Source: Methanobacteriota archaeon
GTDB lineage: Archaea; Thermoplasmatota; Thermoplasmata; Thermoplasmatales; ARK-15
Reading direction: 5' to 3'
DNA: 64,000 bases
NCBI GenBank assembly: GCA_009758405.1
Contig: WSBC01000008.1
Span: 16,705 to 80,704 of the forward strand
Shown here: piece after piece, positions 29,278-39,129 of the stretch
How positions within the stretch are numbered: the stretch's first letter is position 1
How the letters are laid out: the number at the start of each line of letters is the position of its first letter
Notes under the pieces: model-generated
Told to the model about the DNA's origin: nothing
Databases searched by the model: none
Seen by the model: only the letters and a program-made list of their open reading frames with translations
Made by a program: the position numbers and the translations under genes

Positions 29278-31491
29278 TTAAAGGCTTGAATAGTAGTCCT
29301 CATCGTAGGGCTCAGGTTTAAGCCCTTTCCTTTCCCTTATTTTTCTAACTACCTGATCCTGTAGCTCCCTTGGTACCCTCTCGTATCCTGCGTTTTCTGT
29401 GGACCAAAGTACCCTTCCGCTTGTTGCAGACCTTATTGCAGATGCAAAACCAAAGAGTTCAGCAACAGGGGCTTTAGCCACTATAGTTGTTTGATACTCC
29501 TCCTGTTCTATGCTCAATATCACGCCCCTTCTCTGCTGTAATTCCCTTGTAACATTACCTACCTCTTCGGTTGGCACATTAAGGAATACATTCTGTATTG
29601 GCTCAAGTAGTATTCTCTCAGCCTGGCACATTGCACCATATATTGCATTTCTTACTGCTGGGATTACCTGTGCTGGACCCCTGTGAATGCTATCCTCGTG
29701 TAGCTTTGCATCAACAAGCTTTACCTTAACACCATAAAGCTTTTCATTAGCAAGTGGACCCTTATCCACTGCCTCCATAAATGCCTGTTTAACAAGCTCC
29801 ATTGTCTCATTTAAATATTGTATACCCCATGTCATGTCTAGAAGAATATTGGGTCCCTTTATTACCTCCACCCTTCTTGCCTCCTCCTTATCAAGTCCTA
29901 GGTCCTCAAGCTTCTTTGATAGTGTTTTCTTATCCTTGAACCTATCACCCTGCTGCACCTCTCCTGAAAGTATTCCCTTCACAACATTCTCCTCAAGTGG
30001 CTCTACCTCTATGTAGAACCTATTATGTTTGTTCGGTGATTTGCCCTCAAATGGTCCTCCTTTATGATCCACTGTTTCCCTATAGACAACAAGGGGCTCA
30101 GATGTCTCTACTTCAACCTTATAATCGTTTATTATTCTATAAAGTGTTACTTCAAGGTGAAGTTCACCCATGCCGGAGATCAGATGCTCTCCCGTTTCCT
30201 GGTTTATCTCAACTTGTATTGATGGATCTGCCTTAGCAATGAGCCTTAAAACCTCTATAAGCTTAGGTAGATCCTTTGTATACTTTGCCTCTATAGCCAT
30301 TGTAACCACAGGATCGGAATAATGTTTCATTGGTTCAAAGGGCTCAATCCCTTTTATTGATGATACTGTTGATCCTGCTATAGCATCCTTAAGACCTACA
30401 ATTGCCGCTATATTTCCTGCCTTTATCTCATCAACTGGGATCCTGTCAGGACCAACAAGCATTGCAAGTTGCTGAACCCTATAGGTTCTATCACCCATAT
30501 CTGAAATATAAAGCTCATCACCCTTCCTCAATGTTCCTGAATAGACCCTACCCACTGCTACCTCACCTGCATGTTGATCCACAATTATTTTTGTTATCAT
30601 TATTACTGTGGGCCCCTTCGGATCTGCATTTAAAAGTGATTTTCCCACATCAGAGTTTAGATCTCCCTTCCAGATCTGGGGGATCCTGTATTTCTGTGCT
30701 TCTGAGGGATTTGGTATATGATGAACAACCATGTCAAGCACTACCTGATGAAGTGGCGATCTCTTTGAAAGTGTTTTCTGATCACCATTCTTTAGATATT
30801 CATAAACATCCTTAAACGTGATTCCATTCTTTTTCATTGAGCTAATGCTCAATGCCCATTTGTTAAATGCTGAACCAAAGGCAACAGTACCGCTCTCTAC
30901 CTTCACCTGCCATGCCTCCTTGAACTCCTGTGGGGCATATAGCTTTATCAACCTGTTTACATCTGTAATTATCTTTGCAAACCTCTTCTGCATTTCCTCA
31001 GCGTTAAGCTTTAGCTCGTTTATTAATCTATCAACCTTGTTTATGAAAAGTACAGGCCTTACCTTCTCCTTCATTGCCTGCCTTATTACTGTCTCAGTCT
31101 GGGGCATTACACCCTCAACGGAATCCACAACCAGTATTGCACCGTCAAGTGCCCTCAATGCCCTTGTTACATCCCCTCCAAAATCTACATGGCCAGGGGT
31201 ATCAATAAGGTTGATCAAATACTCTGTTCCATCCACCTCATGAACCATGGATGCCGCAGCTGCATTTATTGTAATGCCTCTTGCCTGTTCCTGTTCATCA
31301 TAGTCAAGAACAAGCTGTTTGCCTGCAAGCTCCTCACTCATCATTCCTGCCCCTGCAATTAGATTATCGCTTAGGGTTGTTTTTCCATGGTCTATGTGTG
31401 CAATAGTTCCAATGTTCCTGATCTTTGTTATATCATCCATTATTTTCGATGCTCTTCTAATGTTATCCTCTTTCCTTCCCACCTGTACCAC
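29278..31491 (-). CDS. fusA: Elongation factor 2
   Basis: AHIDHGKTT, DTPGHVDF, NKVD, diphthamide loop LHEDSIHRGPAQ; GTG start. Confidence 0.98.
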   Translation of the reverse strand: MVQVGRKEDNIRRASKIMDDITKIRNIGTIAHIDHGKTTLSDNLIAGAGMMSEELAGKQLVLDYDEQEQARGITINAAAASMVHEVDGTEYLINLIDTPGHVDFGGDVTRALRALDGAILVVDSVEGVMPQTETVIRQAMKEKVRPVLFINKVDRLINELKLNAEEMQKRFAKIITDVNRLIKLYAPQEFKEAWQVKVESGTVAFGSAFNKWALSISSMKKNGITFKDVYEYLKNGDQKTLSKRSPLHQVVLDMVVHHIPNPSEAQKYRIPQIWKGDLNSDVGKSLLNADPKGPTVIMITKIIVDQHAGEVAVGRVYSGTLRKGDELYISDMGDRTYRVQQLAMLVGPDRIPVDEIKAGNIAAIVGLKDAIAGSTVSSIKGIEPFEPMKHYSDPVVTMAIEAKYTKDLPKLIEVLRLIAKADPSIQVEINQETGEHLISGMGELHLEVTLYRIINDYKVEVETSEPLVVYRETVDHKGGPFEGKSPNKHNRFYIEVEPLEENVVKGILSGEVQQGDRFKDKKTLSKKLEDLGLDKEEARRVEVIKGPNILLDMTWGIQYLNETMELVKQAFMEAVDKGPLANEKLYGVKVKLVDAKLHEDSIHRGPAQVIPAVRNAIYGAMCQAERILLEPIQNVFLNVPTEEVGNVTRELQQRRGVILSIEQEEYQTTIVAKAPVAELFGFASAIRSATSGRVLWSTENAGYERVPRELQDQVVRKIRERKGLKPEPYDEDYYSSL

Positions 31492-31492
31492 C

Positions 31493-32056
31493 TTACCTTG
31501 CAGATGCCGCTATTCTTTCTACCTCTTCCTTCTTGGAGATAGCAAAACTTGACATATCATAGTTTGAGGCCTTTATTATCTCGTCAGCAAGGCATTCATA
31601 AATTGGCTTTGAACTCCTGAATGTACACTGCATGGCACCAAGGGCTAAATTCCTGATTGCAAGATCTAGTCTTCTTGATGCGGAAACATCAACCGCCTTT
31701 GGCACTGCCACACCACCCATCTTTAGCCTTGTTACCTCTTCTCTGGGAGCAGCATTCTCAATTGCATTAACCAGTACCTGCAGGGGGTTTTTCTTTGTCT
31801 TTTCATTAATGATCTCAAATGCCTTCATGACTACCCTATAGGCACTCAGCTTTTTACCTGTGTATTTTTCTGTCCTCATCATATTGTTTATTAATCTTTC
31901 AACAACATTCATCTCCTTTTTACCAAGGTGTTTCCTTCCATGCACACCATGCGTATGTAAAACATACCTTGGTTTAAGGTTAAGATATTTAACAAGACTG
32001 GGATCCTTTACCACTACCTCATCAGGATCGTATTTTCCAAATATGTATATCTTCAT
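31493..32056 (-). CDS. rps7: 30S ribosomal protein S7
   Basis: [43 protein letters not shown]. Confidence 0.97.
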   Translation of the reverse strand: MKIYIFGKYDPDEVVVKDPSLVKYLNLKPRYVLHTHGVHGRKHLGKKEMNVVERLINNMMRTEKYTGKKLSAYRVVMKAFEIINEKTKKNPLQVLVNAIENAAPREEVTRLKMGGVAVPKAVDVSASRRLDLAIRNLALGAMQCTFRSSKPIYECLADEIIKASNYDMSSFAISKKEEVERIAASAR

Positions 32057-32060
32057 TGGA

Positions 32061-32489
32061 TCACCTCACAGGCTTCTCCTTCCTGCCCTTAACAAGTTCC
32101 TTCAAGGATATTCCATTTACCTTTACTACCTTGTACCTAACACCAGGGATATCACCCTTTGATCTTCCTAACCTTCCCCCTATACCCTCTATAACTACTT
32201 CATCATGCTCATCAATATAGTTAATTGCACCATCTCCGGGGGCAAAGGCTGTCACCACTTTCCCATTTTTAATTAATTGTACCTTTACTGCTTTCCTGAT
32301 TGCAGAGTTTGGCTGCTTTGCCTCAATACCTATCTTTTCAAGAACAATTCCCTTTGCCTGTGGAGATCCCTCCAGAGGGTCACTTTTTTCTTTCAACTTC
32401 AATACCCTCTTCTTATAATACCTATCACTCCACCTTAACTTTTGCCTCGATTTCTTCAATTTTTTAGCTGTATATAATCCATTGGCCAA
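32061..32489 (-). CDS. rps12: 30S ribosomal protein S12
   Basis: [23 protein letters not shown]; TTG start after GGTGA. Confidence 0.97.
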   Translation of the reverse strand: MANGLYTAKKLKKSRQKLRWSDRYYKKRVLKLKEKSDPLEGSPQAKGIVLEKIGIEAKQPNSAIRKAVKVQLIKNGKVVTAFAPGDGAINYIDEHDEVVIEGIGGRLGRSKGDIPGVRYKVVKVNGISLKELVKGRKEKPVR

Positions 32490-32555
32490 ATTGGATCACC
32501 ATCTTTTTATTTTTATTCACTTGAATTAACAACCAGTATAAATAATCTATCATGG

Positions 32556-33077
32556 TTACCTGTTAAGGTATCCTATAAACTTGTGGAGAGGAAAACCATT
32601 GCTCCAGTGCATTATGTAATTGCCAGAACTTGTTAACTCAAGCTTTGGCAGGATCTTGTAAATGAGACCTATATTTCCCTTCACCTCCATTCCAGGAGGT
32701 GCAAAAAGTCTCCATGGATCACCCTGCACCCTCTTAAGCCTGTATGCATATATGGGAAATACACCAGCCCTTGAGGTAAGCTTTATATGGCCTATTATCT
32801 GTTCCTGGGCCCTGCCATTTGACATTGTAAACCTAATAACATCGTATATTGAGCTCTTCACCTCTATAGGGAATGAAAAATCATCCCTTATGGCAATTAT
32901 ATCTATACCGAATGATCCGGCGGCCCTTAAAACAAGAAATGGCCTTTCAGCTATTTTTAAATAAAGACCCTTCTCATATTCATTGAAGGACCTTACCATT
33001 TTTTCTATGAATTCCTTCTCACCCGATAGTATCTTTCTTAACTCCCTTTCATACACATTTCCTGCCATTTTTATCAC
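32556..33077 (-). CDS. hjc: Holliday junction resolvase Hjc (Thermoplasmata-type)
   Basis: GNVYEREL...RAAGSFGIDIIA...IEVKS PD-(D/E)xK nuclease pattern. Confidence 0.85.
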   Translation of the reverse strand: MIKMAGNVYERELRKILSGEKEFIEKMVRSFNEYEKGLYLKIAERPFLVLRAAGSFGIDIIAIRDDFSFPIEVKSSIYDVIRFTMSNGRAQEQIIGHIKLTSRAGVFPIYAYRLKRVQGDPWRLFAPPGMEVKGNIGLIYKILPKLELTSSGNYIMHWSNGFPLHKFIGYLNR

Positions 33078-34102
33078 AGCTCATCAAGATCCTTACCAAT
33101 TAGATCCGAAAGGTATCTATGGATGGATCTTATCCTTTCCACAGACCTTATCAATCCCTTCTTCCTATAATAATCAAGAATGTTTTCAAGTTTAATTTTT
33201 TTTGTTCCTGATATAAGATTATCGGCCTGGCAAACTATCTTCTCCTCAATAGTCTCAGGGATTAAATCTGTTTCAGGGAGCCCCAGCTTAATGGCCTCTT
33301 CACTTTCTATTCCACCACCCACATGCCTCTTCACAATGTTCACTATATCTTCAGGATATCCTAGAGATCTCAATATGAGTGCACCCGTGATTCCATGTGA
33401 AACACTATTATCCCTGGTCCTACCTATGTCGTGAAGGATTGCACCACATTCGAGAAGAGGAAGGTCTGCATTGCAGAGAACTCCTATCTTTAGTGCAAGG
33501 TCTGCCACAGCTATACTATGATCTATCAACTTTTCATCCGCACCCTGCTCCTTCAGGACCTTAATGCATTCGTCCCTGGTAAAAATCTTAACATTTTTAC
33601 CATTTTTTGATGGAACTACCCTCATTATTCCATTAAATCTCTTTTTTAATTCATTTCCTTCAAAATATCTGTCAAGAAATATTGCAAGTGCGGAAACCTC
33701 ACTGTGAGGCTGATTTGTAATAGCAACATTGAAATCTGCCATCTTGTAAACCTCGCCCGGGACCTTTTCAGAACCAACAATAATGAGCAAATCCCTATCC
33801 TTTGGGATTTCACTGATAATATCTTGGACAGGAATTCCATACATTGTAAGGTGTACCTTTACACCTTCAAAGGACTGCATATATTTTTTCCAGTTAATGC
33901 CAGTCTTTATGGTGAAATTTCCACCAAACCTTTCAGTAATGTCATTAACAGTTTTTTCAAGCTCAGCATCCCTTGTGTTAACTAGAATCTCATCAGCACC
34001 AAATGCCCTAGAAACAAGGCATACATGTGTTGTTACCCTTTTATCCCTTTGTGGTCTGTGCCCGAGCCTAAGTACAGAGATTCTCACCATCAAATCCACC
34101 AT
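33074..34102 (-). CDS. trm56: tRNA (cytidine(56)-2'-O)-methyltransferase fused to an HD domain
   Basis: LRLGHRPQRDKRVTTHV, VHLTMYG, VGSEKVP, NQPHSEV; C-terminal H...LHDIG...HG...H...QAD. Confidence 0.92.
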   Translation of the reverse strand: MVDLMVRISVLRLGHRPQRDKRVTTHVCLVSRAFGADEILVNTRDAELEKTVNDITERFGGNFTIKTGINWKKYMQSFEGVKVHLTMYGIPVQDIISEIPKDRDLLIIVGSEKVPGEVYKMADFNVAITNQPHSEVSALAIFLDRYFEGNELKKRFNGIMRVVPSKNGKNVKIFTRDECIKVLKEQGADEKLIDHSIAVADLALKIGVLCNADLPLLECGAILHDIGRTRDNSVSHGITGALILRSLGYPEDIVNIVKRHVGGGIESEEAIKLGLPETDLIPETIEEKIVCQADNLISGTKKIKLENILDYYRKKGLIRSVERIRSIHRYLSDLIGKDLDEL

Positions 34103-34548
34103 TATAGCCTGTCCATTGGTGGCTTTTCTATCTTCCTCTGCTTTACTTCCTCCTTTTCAATCTTTTCCTGTTTTGTCCCAAGGGAAAGGAATAAAAATAA
34201 TATTGAGAAAAAGGTTATGGCTGAAAGTATTATGGATGCAAGTGCCTCTAGGGCTATTAAGGGTATCAATATTTTTTCGTTGAAAAAGAAGAATATTATG
34301 AAGCCTGTAAGAACTATGAGTATCCCTGATAAGAAACTTGATATTGTTCCCTGGATATTTGTATATTTAGGAAGAAATAAAACAAAGGATGCAATACCTG
34401 AAGTTATTACGGGTAAAATAAAACCATAGATAGGTATATTGTATTGATAAATCAAATAAAGTGAAACGGCGGTGATGCCAATAAGTATTCCAGATATAAG
34501 GCCGAGAATTCCCCCTCCTATCCTTGAAAAGTATTCAAAAATATTCAT
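34102..34548 (-). CDS. Hypothetical membrane protein (about 4 TM)
   Basis: Hydrophobic ORF in an operon with overlapping neighbours. Confidence 0.7.
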   Translation of the reverse strand: MNIFEYFSRIGGGILGLISGILIGITAVSLYLIYQYNIPIYGFILPVITSGIASFVLFLPKYTNIQGTISSFLSGILIVLTGFIIFFFFNEKILIPLIALEALASIILSAITFFSILFLFLSLGTKQEKIEKEEVKQRKIEKPPMDRL

Positions 34549-35045
34549 AATTCCACCCTTTCTAGATCATGACCCCTTATTTCAAACTTTGAACTCCTTT
34601 TTATTATACCCTTCAGGAATGTAAGTGATACGTTAAGGGATGACTGAACATCACCAAGAAAGATTGATTTTTTATCCCCCATGATTTTTAATATTGTTTC
34701 TTCATATTTATATATTTCTTCATCACTCATTGTTGCTATCCTTATAATTTCTGGAAGCTCAACTATGGGCATTGTGATGTTTATCTGAACTGTATCATAA
34801 TATGCCTTGTAAGATTTTGTCCTCTGGCCATTCTCTCTTATTGTCCACTGGCTTTCAACAAGTTTTATCTTCTCTAGATAAAATAGTGCCCTTTTTCCTT
34901 CCTCGCCATACTTTTTTTCTATTTCTTCAATTGTCATCCAGTTTGAAATAAGGTCTAGAAATAAATTCTTTTTAATTTCTGTATCTGATGTATGAAAAAT
35001 TGCTACCATATCTGATGAATCATTAATTGCCTTTATCTTACTCAT
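34545..35045 (-). CDS. ArsR-like winged-helix protein (conserved archaeal)
   Basis: WMTIEEIEKKYG...ALFYLEKIKLVESQW pattern. Confidence 0.7.
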   Translation of the reverse strand: MSKIKAINDSSDMVAIFHTSDTEIKKNLFLDLISNWMTIEEIEKKYGEEGKRALFYLEKIKLVESQWTIRENGQRTKSYKAYYDTVQINITMPIVELPEIIRIATMSDEEIYKYEETILKIMGDKKSIFLGDVQSSLNVSLTFLKGIIKRSSKFEIRGHDLERVEL

Positions 35046-35104
35046 ACTGATCCCTTACCTATATGCAAAAGTTAAATATATATTTTGAGATTATTTTTAC
35101 CAGA

Positions 35105-35314
35105 ATGTTTGAATGTAAAATTAAAATTCATAGCGAAAATGCGCAGAAAATATTAAAATCTGTAGAGATTGAGAATAGGGGCTATGTGGAATCAAGAATA
35201 GAAGGGAATAAACTTATATTCGAAATAAAATCAAATAATTTTAAGAGTTTTTACAGGACTATAGAGGACCTTTTGGATTCCCTTTCCCTTTCTTTTAATA
35301 TTATGAAGGAATAA
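35105..35314 (+). CDS. KEOPS complex subunit Pcc1-like
   Basis: 69 aa, I..SVEIEN...IFEIKS....FYRTIEDLL pattern. Confidence 0.65.
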   Translation: MFECKIKIHSENAQKILKSVEIENRGYVESRIEGNKLIFEIKSNNFKSFYRTIEDLLDSLSLSFNIMKE

Positions 35315-35344
35315 TTTTTATATCTCCTTACAATTTTTTAATTT

Positions 35345-36229
35345 ATGGAACTAATCAGAGTAGGAAAGGTAAAAAAGGTTTATTCAGTAAATGAGAATGA
35401 ACTTCTTTTTGAATTCACCAACAATATTTCGGTTTTTGATAAAATAATACCTTCAGAAATACCAGATAAGGGTGCATCACTCTGTAGAACCTCAGCCCAC
35501 TGGTTTGAGGTATCGGAGAGTATTGGTATAAAAACACATTTTATATCTCTGGAAGGCTGGAATAAAATGAGGGTGAAGAGATTTAAGATTGTGAACAGAG
35601 GATCAAGGGAGCTAAAGAACTATTTAATTCCTCTTGAATTTATAACAAGATATTATGTTGCAGGATCCCTTTATGACAGGTTGAAGGATGGAAAGATTAA
35701 GCCCATGGATATTGGCATAAAGAATTTTAGATATGGCGAACCCTTGCCAGAGCCATTTTTTGAGGTAACAACAAAGTTTGAGGAACACGATAGAAATCTT
35801 GATTTTGATGAGGCAATGGAGATCTCAGGACTCGATAAAAAAGAATTGGAGGAAATAAGGGAAATAATATTGAAGGTGGATAAAAGAATAAACTCTGATG
35901 TAAAGGGCAGGGGTCTTATACACGTGGATGGTAAAAAGGAACTTGCCTTGGATTTTGAGAGGGTACCATATCTTGTTGATACCTTCGGAACAGCTGATGA
36001 GGACAGGTTCTGGGATCTAAAGGAATATGAGAGGGGGAATTTTGTTGAACTTAGTAAGGAGTTTGTTAGACAGTACTATAGAAGTATAGGGTATCATGCA
36101 AAATTGATGGAGGCTAGAGAAAAGGGATTACCAGAACCAGAAATACCTCCACTCCCAAATGATATGATTGAAAAAACAAGCCAGTTATATAAGGAACTTT
36201 ATGAAAAAATTACTGGAAAAAAATGGTAA
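35345..36229 (+). CDS. purC: SAICAR synthase
   Basis: GKVKKVY, ISVFD, IPLEFITR..VAGS, TTKFE, DGKKE, SKEFVRQ. Confidence 0.95.
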   Translation: MELIRVGKVKKVYSVNENELLFEFTNNISVFDKIIPSEIPDKGASLCRTSAHWFEVSESIGIKTHFISLEGWNKMRVKRFKIVNRGSRELKNYLIPLEFITRYYVAGSLYDRLKDGKIKPMDIGIKNFRYGEPLPEPFFEVTTKFEEHDRNLDFDEAMEISGLDKKELEEIREIILKVDKRINSDVKGRGLIHVDGKKELALDFERVPYLVDTFGTADEDRFWDLKEYERGNFVELSKEFVRQYYRSIGYHAKLMEAREKGLPEPEIPPLPNDMIEKTSQLYKELYEKITGKKW

Positions 36230-36244
36230 AAAAAATTAAAAAAT

Positions 36245-37177
36245 TTACTTCCTCTTCCTGAGGAAGAATGCAAGGGCTCCTACCACTATTATCACTGCCA
36301 CCACGGCACCTATTATCAATGGAAGCGTGTTTGATGGGGCTGTCGGGGATATAACTATTGTATCACCTGAGGCTGTTGCATAGCCCGGTGTGGTTATGGT
36401 GCTAGAAGGATCGTATACTATCTTCAGTGTATAATTACCGTTTAGTCCTGTATAAATACTGTTTGATATGCTCCAGTTTGCATAGAATAGTACATACTTT
36501 GATGCATTGTAGTAGAATGTTGTTGTATTTGTAGTTGGATCATAGGTCCTCTGCCATGAGGAGAGTGATTTTGAAAGCATGGTAAAATTCAATGTAGACA
36601 CATTGCTCATTTCGTTAAGCTTATCATTCTGATAATTTGATATCATTCCCATTCCGAAGAAATACTCGCCCATCTCATTAAGATCGTATTCTTCGCCATT
36701 ATGCGAGATTTTAAAGCTTCCTTTTACCTCAAAGGCTCTCCATGAAAGATTTACCTTTGTTTCGCTCTTTGTCTTATTGAATATACCTGATACCCAAAGG
36801 TTTATTGTGAGGAGCTTAGTTATAACAAGTGCAGTGGAGTTTCCATGTAAAACAAGGTTAAATGTAAGGCTCATATTATCCACTGATACATTATGGTACC
36901 TTGACTTGAGCCAGCCCTCCATAAAGGATATTGCCCAATCTGATGGATTTGTAAAGTTCTCGGTAAATGAGTATGAAATTGTTGTGCCATTGAGTTTCTT
37001 AGAAATTGCTCCACCGGCAGGATATGTGAATATCAGAGATGCCTCTGAGTTTAGCTTTACATTAGCCAGCCCCTTGTCCGGATATATTGTCACGTTGAGA
37101 TAACTGGCTGTTGCTGCAGGCACTGCTAGCGAAAGTAGGAATATAGATACTATCCCAACTACCAAAAGGTTTTTCAT
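36245..37177 (-). CDS. Secreted, C-terminally membrane-anchored surface glycoprotein, function unknown
   Basis: Signal peptide, many N-x-S/T sequons, S/T/P linker, TM helix plus RKRK. Confidence 0.75.
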   Translation of the reverse strand: MKNLLVVGIVSIFLLSLAVPAATASYLNVTIYPDKGLANVKLNSEASLIFTYPAGGAISKKLNGTTISYSFTENFTNPSDWAISFMEGWLKSRYHNVSVDNMSLTFNLVLHGNSTALVITKLLTINLWVSGIFNKTKSETKVNLSWRAFEVKGSFKISHNGEEYDLNEMGEYFFGMGMISNYQNDKLNEMSNVSTLNFTMLSKSLSSWQRTYDPTTNTTTFYYNASKYVLFYANWSISNSIYTGLNGNYTLKIVYDPSSTITTPGYATASGDTIVISPTAPSNTLPLIIGAVVAVIIVVGALAFFLRKRK

Positions 37178-37224
37178 AATTTAATCATTATTTATGTGAA
37201 TTTAAATATTTTGGTACAAATTTT

Positions 37225-38205
37225 TTACTTTAATATCAGCATAGCATCCCCAAAGCTATAGAACCTGTATTTATTCTCCACCGCAATTCTGTAAGCCTCC
37301 ATTATCCTGTCATAACCTCCATAGGCTGTAACAAGCATTATCAAAGAGGATTTAGGTATGTGAAAGTTTGTAATAAGTCCATCTGTTTTAAATTTAAAAT
37401 TATATGGTTCCTTTATAAATAGATCTGTCTCAGAATATCCAGGGATTATTTTTCCATTTATTGAAGAGGACTCTAGTGCCCTTATAACAGTAGTTCCAAC
37501 AGCAAATATTCTACCTTCAGTATTATTTAGCAAATCTGCTGTATCATTTGAAATATAATATAATTCCTTATGTAATTTTCCCTTTTCAATATCCTCATTT
37601 TTGATCTCCTTAAATGTTGCATAGGAAATATGAAGGGTAACATAGGCAATTTTAACACCCTTTTCCTCGATTTTTTTAATTAGATCCTCTGTAAAATGAA
37701 GGCCTGCAGTTGGTGATGCTATTGACCCATTAACCCTTGCAAAAACAGTCTGGTATCTTTCAGTATTTTCTATTTTTTCCTTAATATAAGGGGGTAATGG
37801 CATTTGACCATATTTTTCAATAATTTCCATTATTGGGGCATCAAAGTTAATTCTTGCCAATCCTTCTTCCTTTTCAATTACCTCGCCACTATATTCACCA
37901 ACTTTCAATATTGTACCGGGTTTTATATTTTTACCCTTAACTAGAAATGAGTTCTCATTTGGTGAGATTAGTAATAGTTCTATCTTGCCTCCTGTTAATT
38001 TTTTTCCATAGAGCCTTGCCTTGATTACCCTTGAGTTGTTAAAAACTAGAACATCTCCCCTTCCAAGGTAGTTGATTATTTCATAAAATAACTTGTGTTC
38101 TATTGTATTTCCAACTACCATCAATCTTGAATGATCCCTTGGCTCCACCGGCCTTTGGGCAATTAAATCCTTTGGTAAATAATAATTGTACCTTTCCAAA
38201 TCCAT
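37225..38205 (-). CDS. queA: S-adenosylmethionine:tRNA ribosyltransferase-isomerase QueA
   Basis: YYLPKDLIAQRP, VFNNSRVIKARL, PLPPYI, YQTVFA..GSIASPTAGLHFT, VGTTVIRALES, ITNFHIPKSS, YRFYSFGDAMLI. Confidence 0.93.
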   Translation of the reverse strand: MDLERYNYYLPKDLIAQRPVEPRDHSRLMVVGNTIEHKLFYEIINYLGRGDVLVFNNSRVIKARLYGKKLTGGKIELLLISPNENSFLVKGKNIKPGTILKVGEYSGEVIEKEEGLARINFDAPIMEIIEKYGQMPLPPYIKEKIENTERYQTVFARVNGSIASPTAGLHFTEDLIKKIEEKGVKIAYVTLHISYATFKEIKNEDIEKGKLHKELYYISNDTADLLNNTEGRIFAVGTTVIRALESSSINGKIIPGYSETDLFIKEPYNFKFKTDGLITNFHIPKSSLIMLVTAYGGYDRIMEAYRIAVENKYRFYSFGDAMLILK

Positions 38206-38283
38206 ATGTCATAAATAGATCCATTATTTTAAATCAATGTTTTTTGATGAAAAATATTTATATCTAATATATATATACTATCT

Positions 38284-39009
38284 ATGGAGGCCGTAATACT
38301 TTCAGGGGGCTTTGCAAAAAGACTATTGCCAATTTCTGAATTCATACCCAAGCCACTCCTTCCTCTTGGTGGAAGACCCATCCTGGACCATATTATTTCA
38401 AAAGTAAAGGCAATTGGTATTGAAAATATATATCTATCTGTAAATAAAAGATTTTCAGATCAATTTTTATATTACGCATCAAAAATTAAAGATGTTAACA
38501 TAGAGGTAATAGTTGAACCAACAAACTCTGAGGAAGAAAAATTTGGTGCAATAAGGGGATTGGGCTTTGCAATTGGAAATATAAAAAGGGATGATTATCT
38601 TGTAATTGCTGGAGATAACTATTTTGATTTTGATCTTTTGCCTATGAAAGAATTCTTTATTAAGAAAGAAAAAACAACGGTGGCCCTCTATGACATTGGG
38701 TCAACAGAAATGGCAAAAAAATACGGAGTGGTAAAGGTAGATAGTGATTTCAGAATTCAGAGCTTTGAAGAAAAGCCTATCAAACCAAAAAGCACATTGA
38801 TAAGTACAGGAATTTATATGTTTAAGAATGATTTGCCTGATATAATAAATAAATATTTAAAGGAAGGGGGAAATCCTGACCAGTTAGGTCATCTGATTGA
38901 ATGGATGATTAAAAATGATACTGTTTATGGCTTTCCTTTCAAGGGAAGATGGTATGATATAGGATCAATTGATATTTATAAAGAGGTTTTTAACAGTTTT
39001 GTTAAATAA
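38284..39009 (+). CDS. Sugar-phosphate nucleotidyltransferase
   Basis: ILSGGFAKRLLP...PKPLL, AGD, FEEKP, WYDIG. Confidence 0.9.
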   Translation: MEAVILSGGFAKRLLPISEFIPKPLLPLGGRPILDHIISKVKAIGIENIYLSVNKRFSDQFLYYASKIKDVNIEVIVEPTNSEEEKFGAIRGLGFAIGNIKRDDYLVIAGDNYFDFDLLPMKEFFIKKEKTTVALYDIGSTEMAKKYGVVKVDSDFRIQSFEEKPIKPKSTLISTGIYMFKNDLPDIINKYLKEGGNPDQLGHLIEWMIKNDTVYGFPFKGRWYDIGSIDIYKEVFNSFVK

Positions 39010-39129
39010 TATTTATCAGGTTTTTTACCTGCTCTGGTAAAACATAATTAACAAAAATGCTATGAAAAATTTTTAAAAATAACATTGTAAATATCTTTCT
39101 TTACCCACTAATAAGGGAGAGGTGAAATC

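Larger units (their letters stand above)
27104..29289 (+). pseudogene. NifB/NifX-like (FeMo-cofactor-binding fold) gene remnant split by IS607; 5' end missing
   Basis: Joining 27104-27227 to 29135-29289 gives YENGILEFIEKGENITGESLHGEFEKFKNIINILYNVDVFAAYRMGPNFLNIRDKSNKIPYL... in one frame; family assignment by motif resemblance. Confidence 0.6.
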
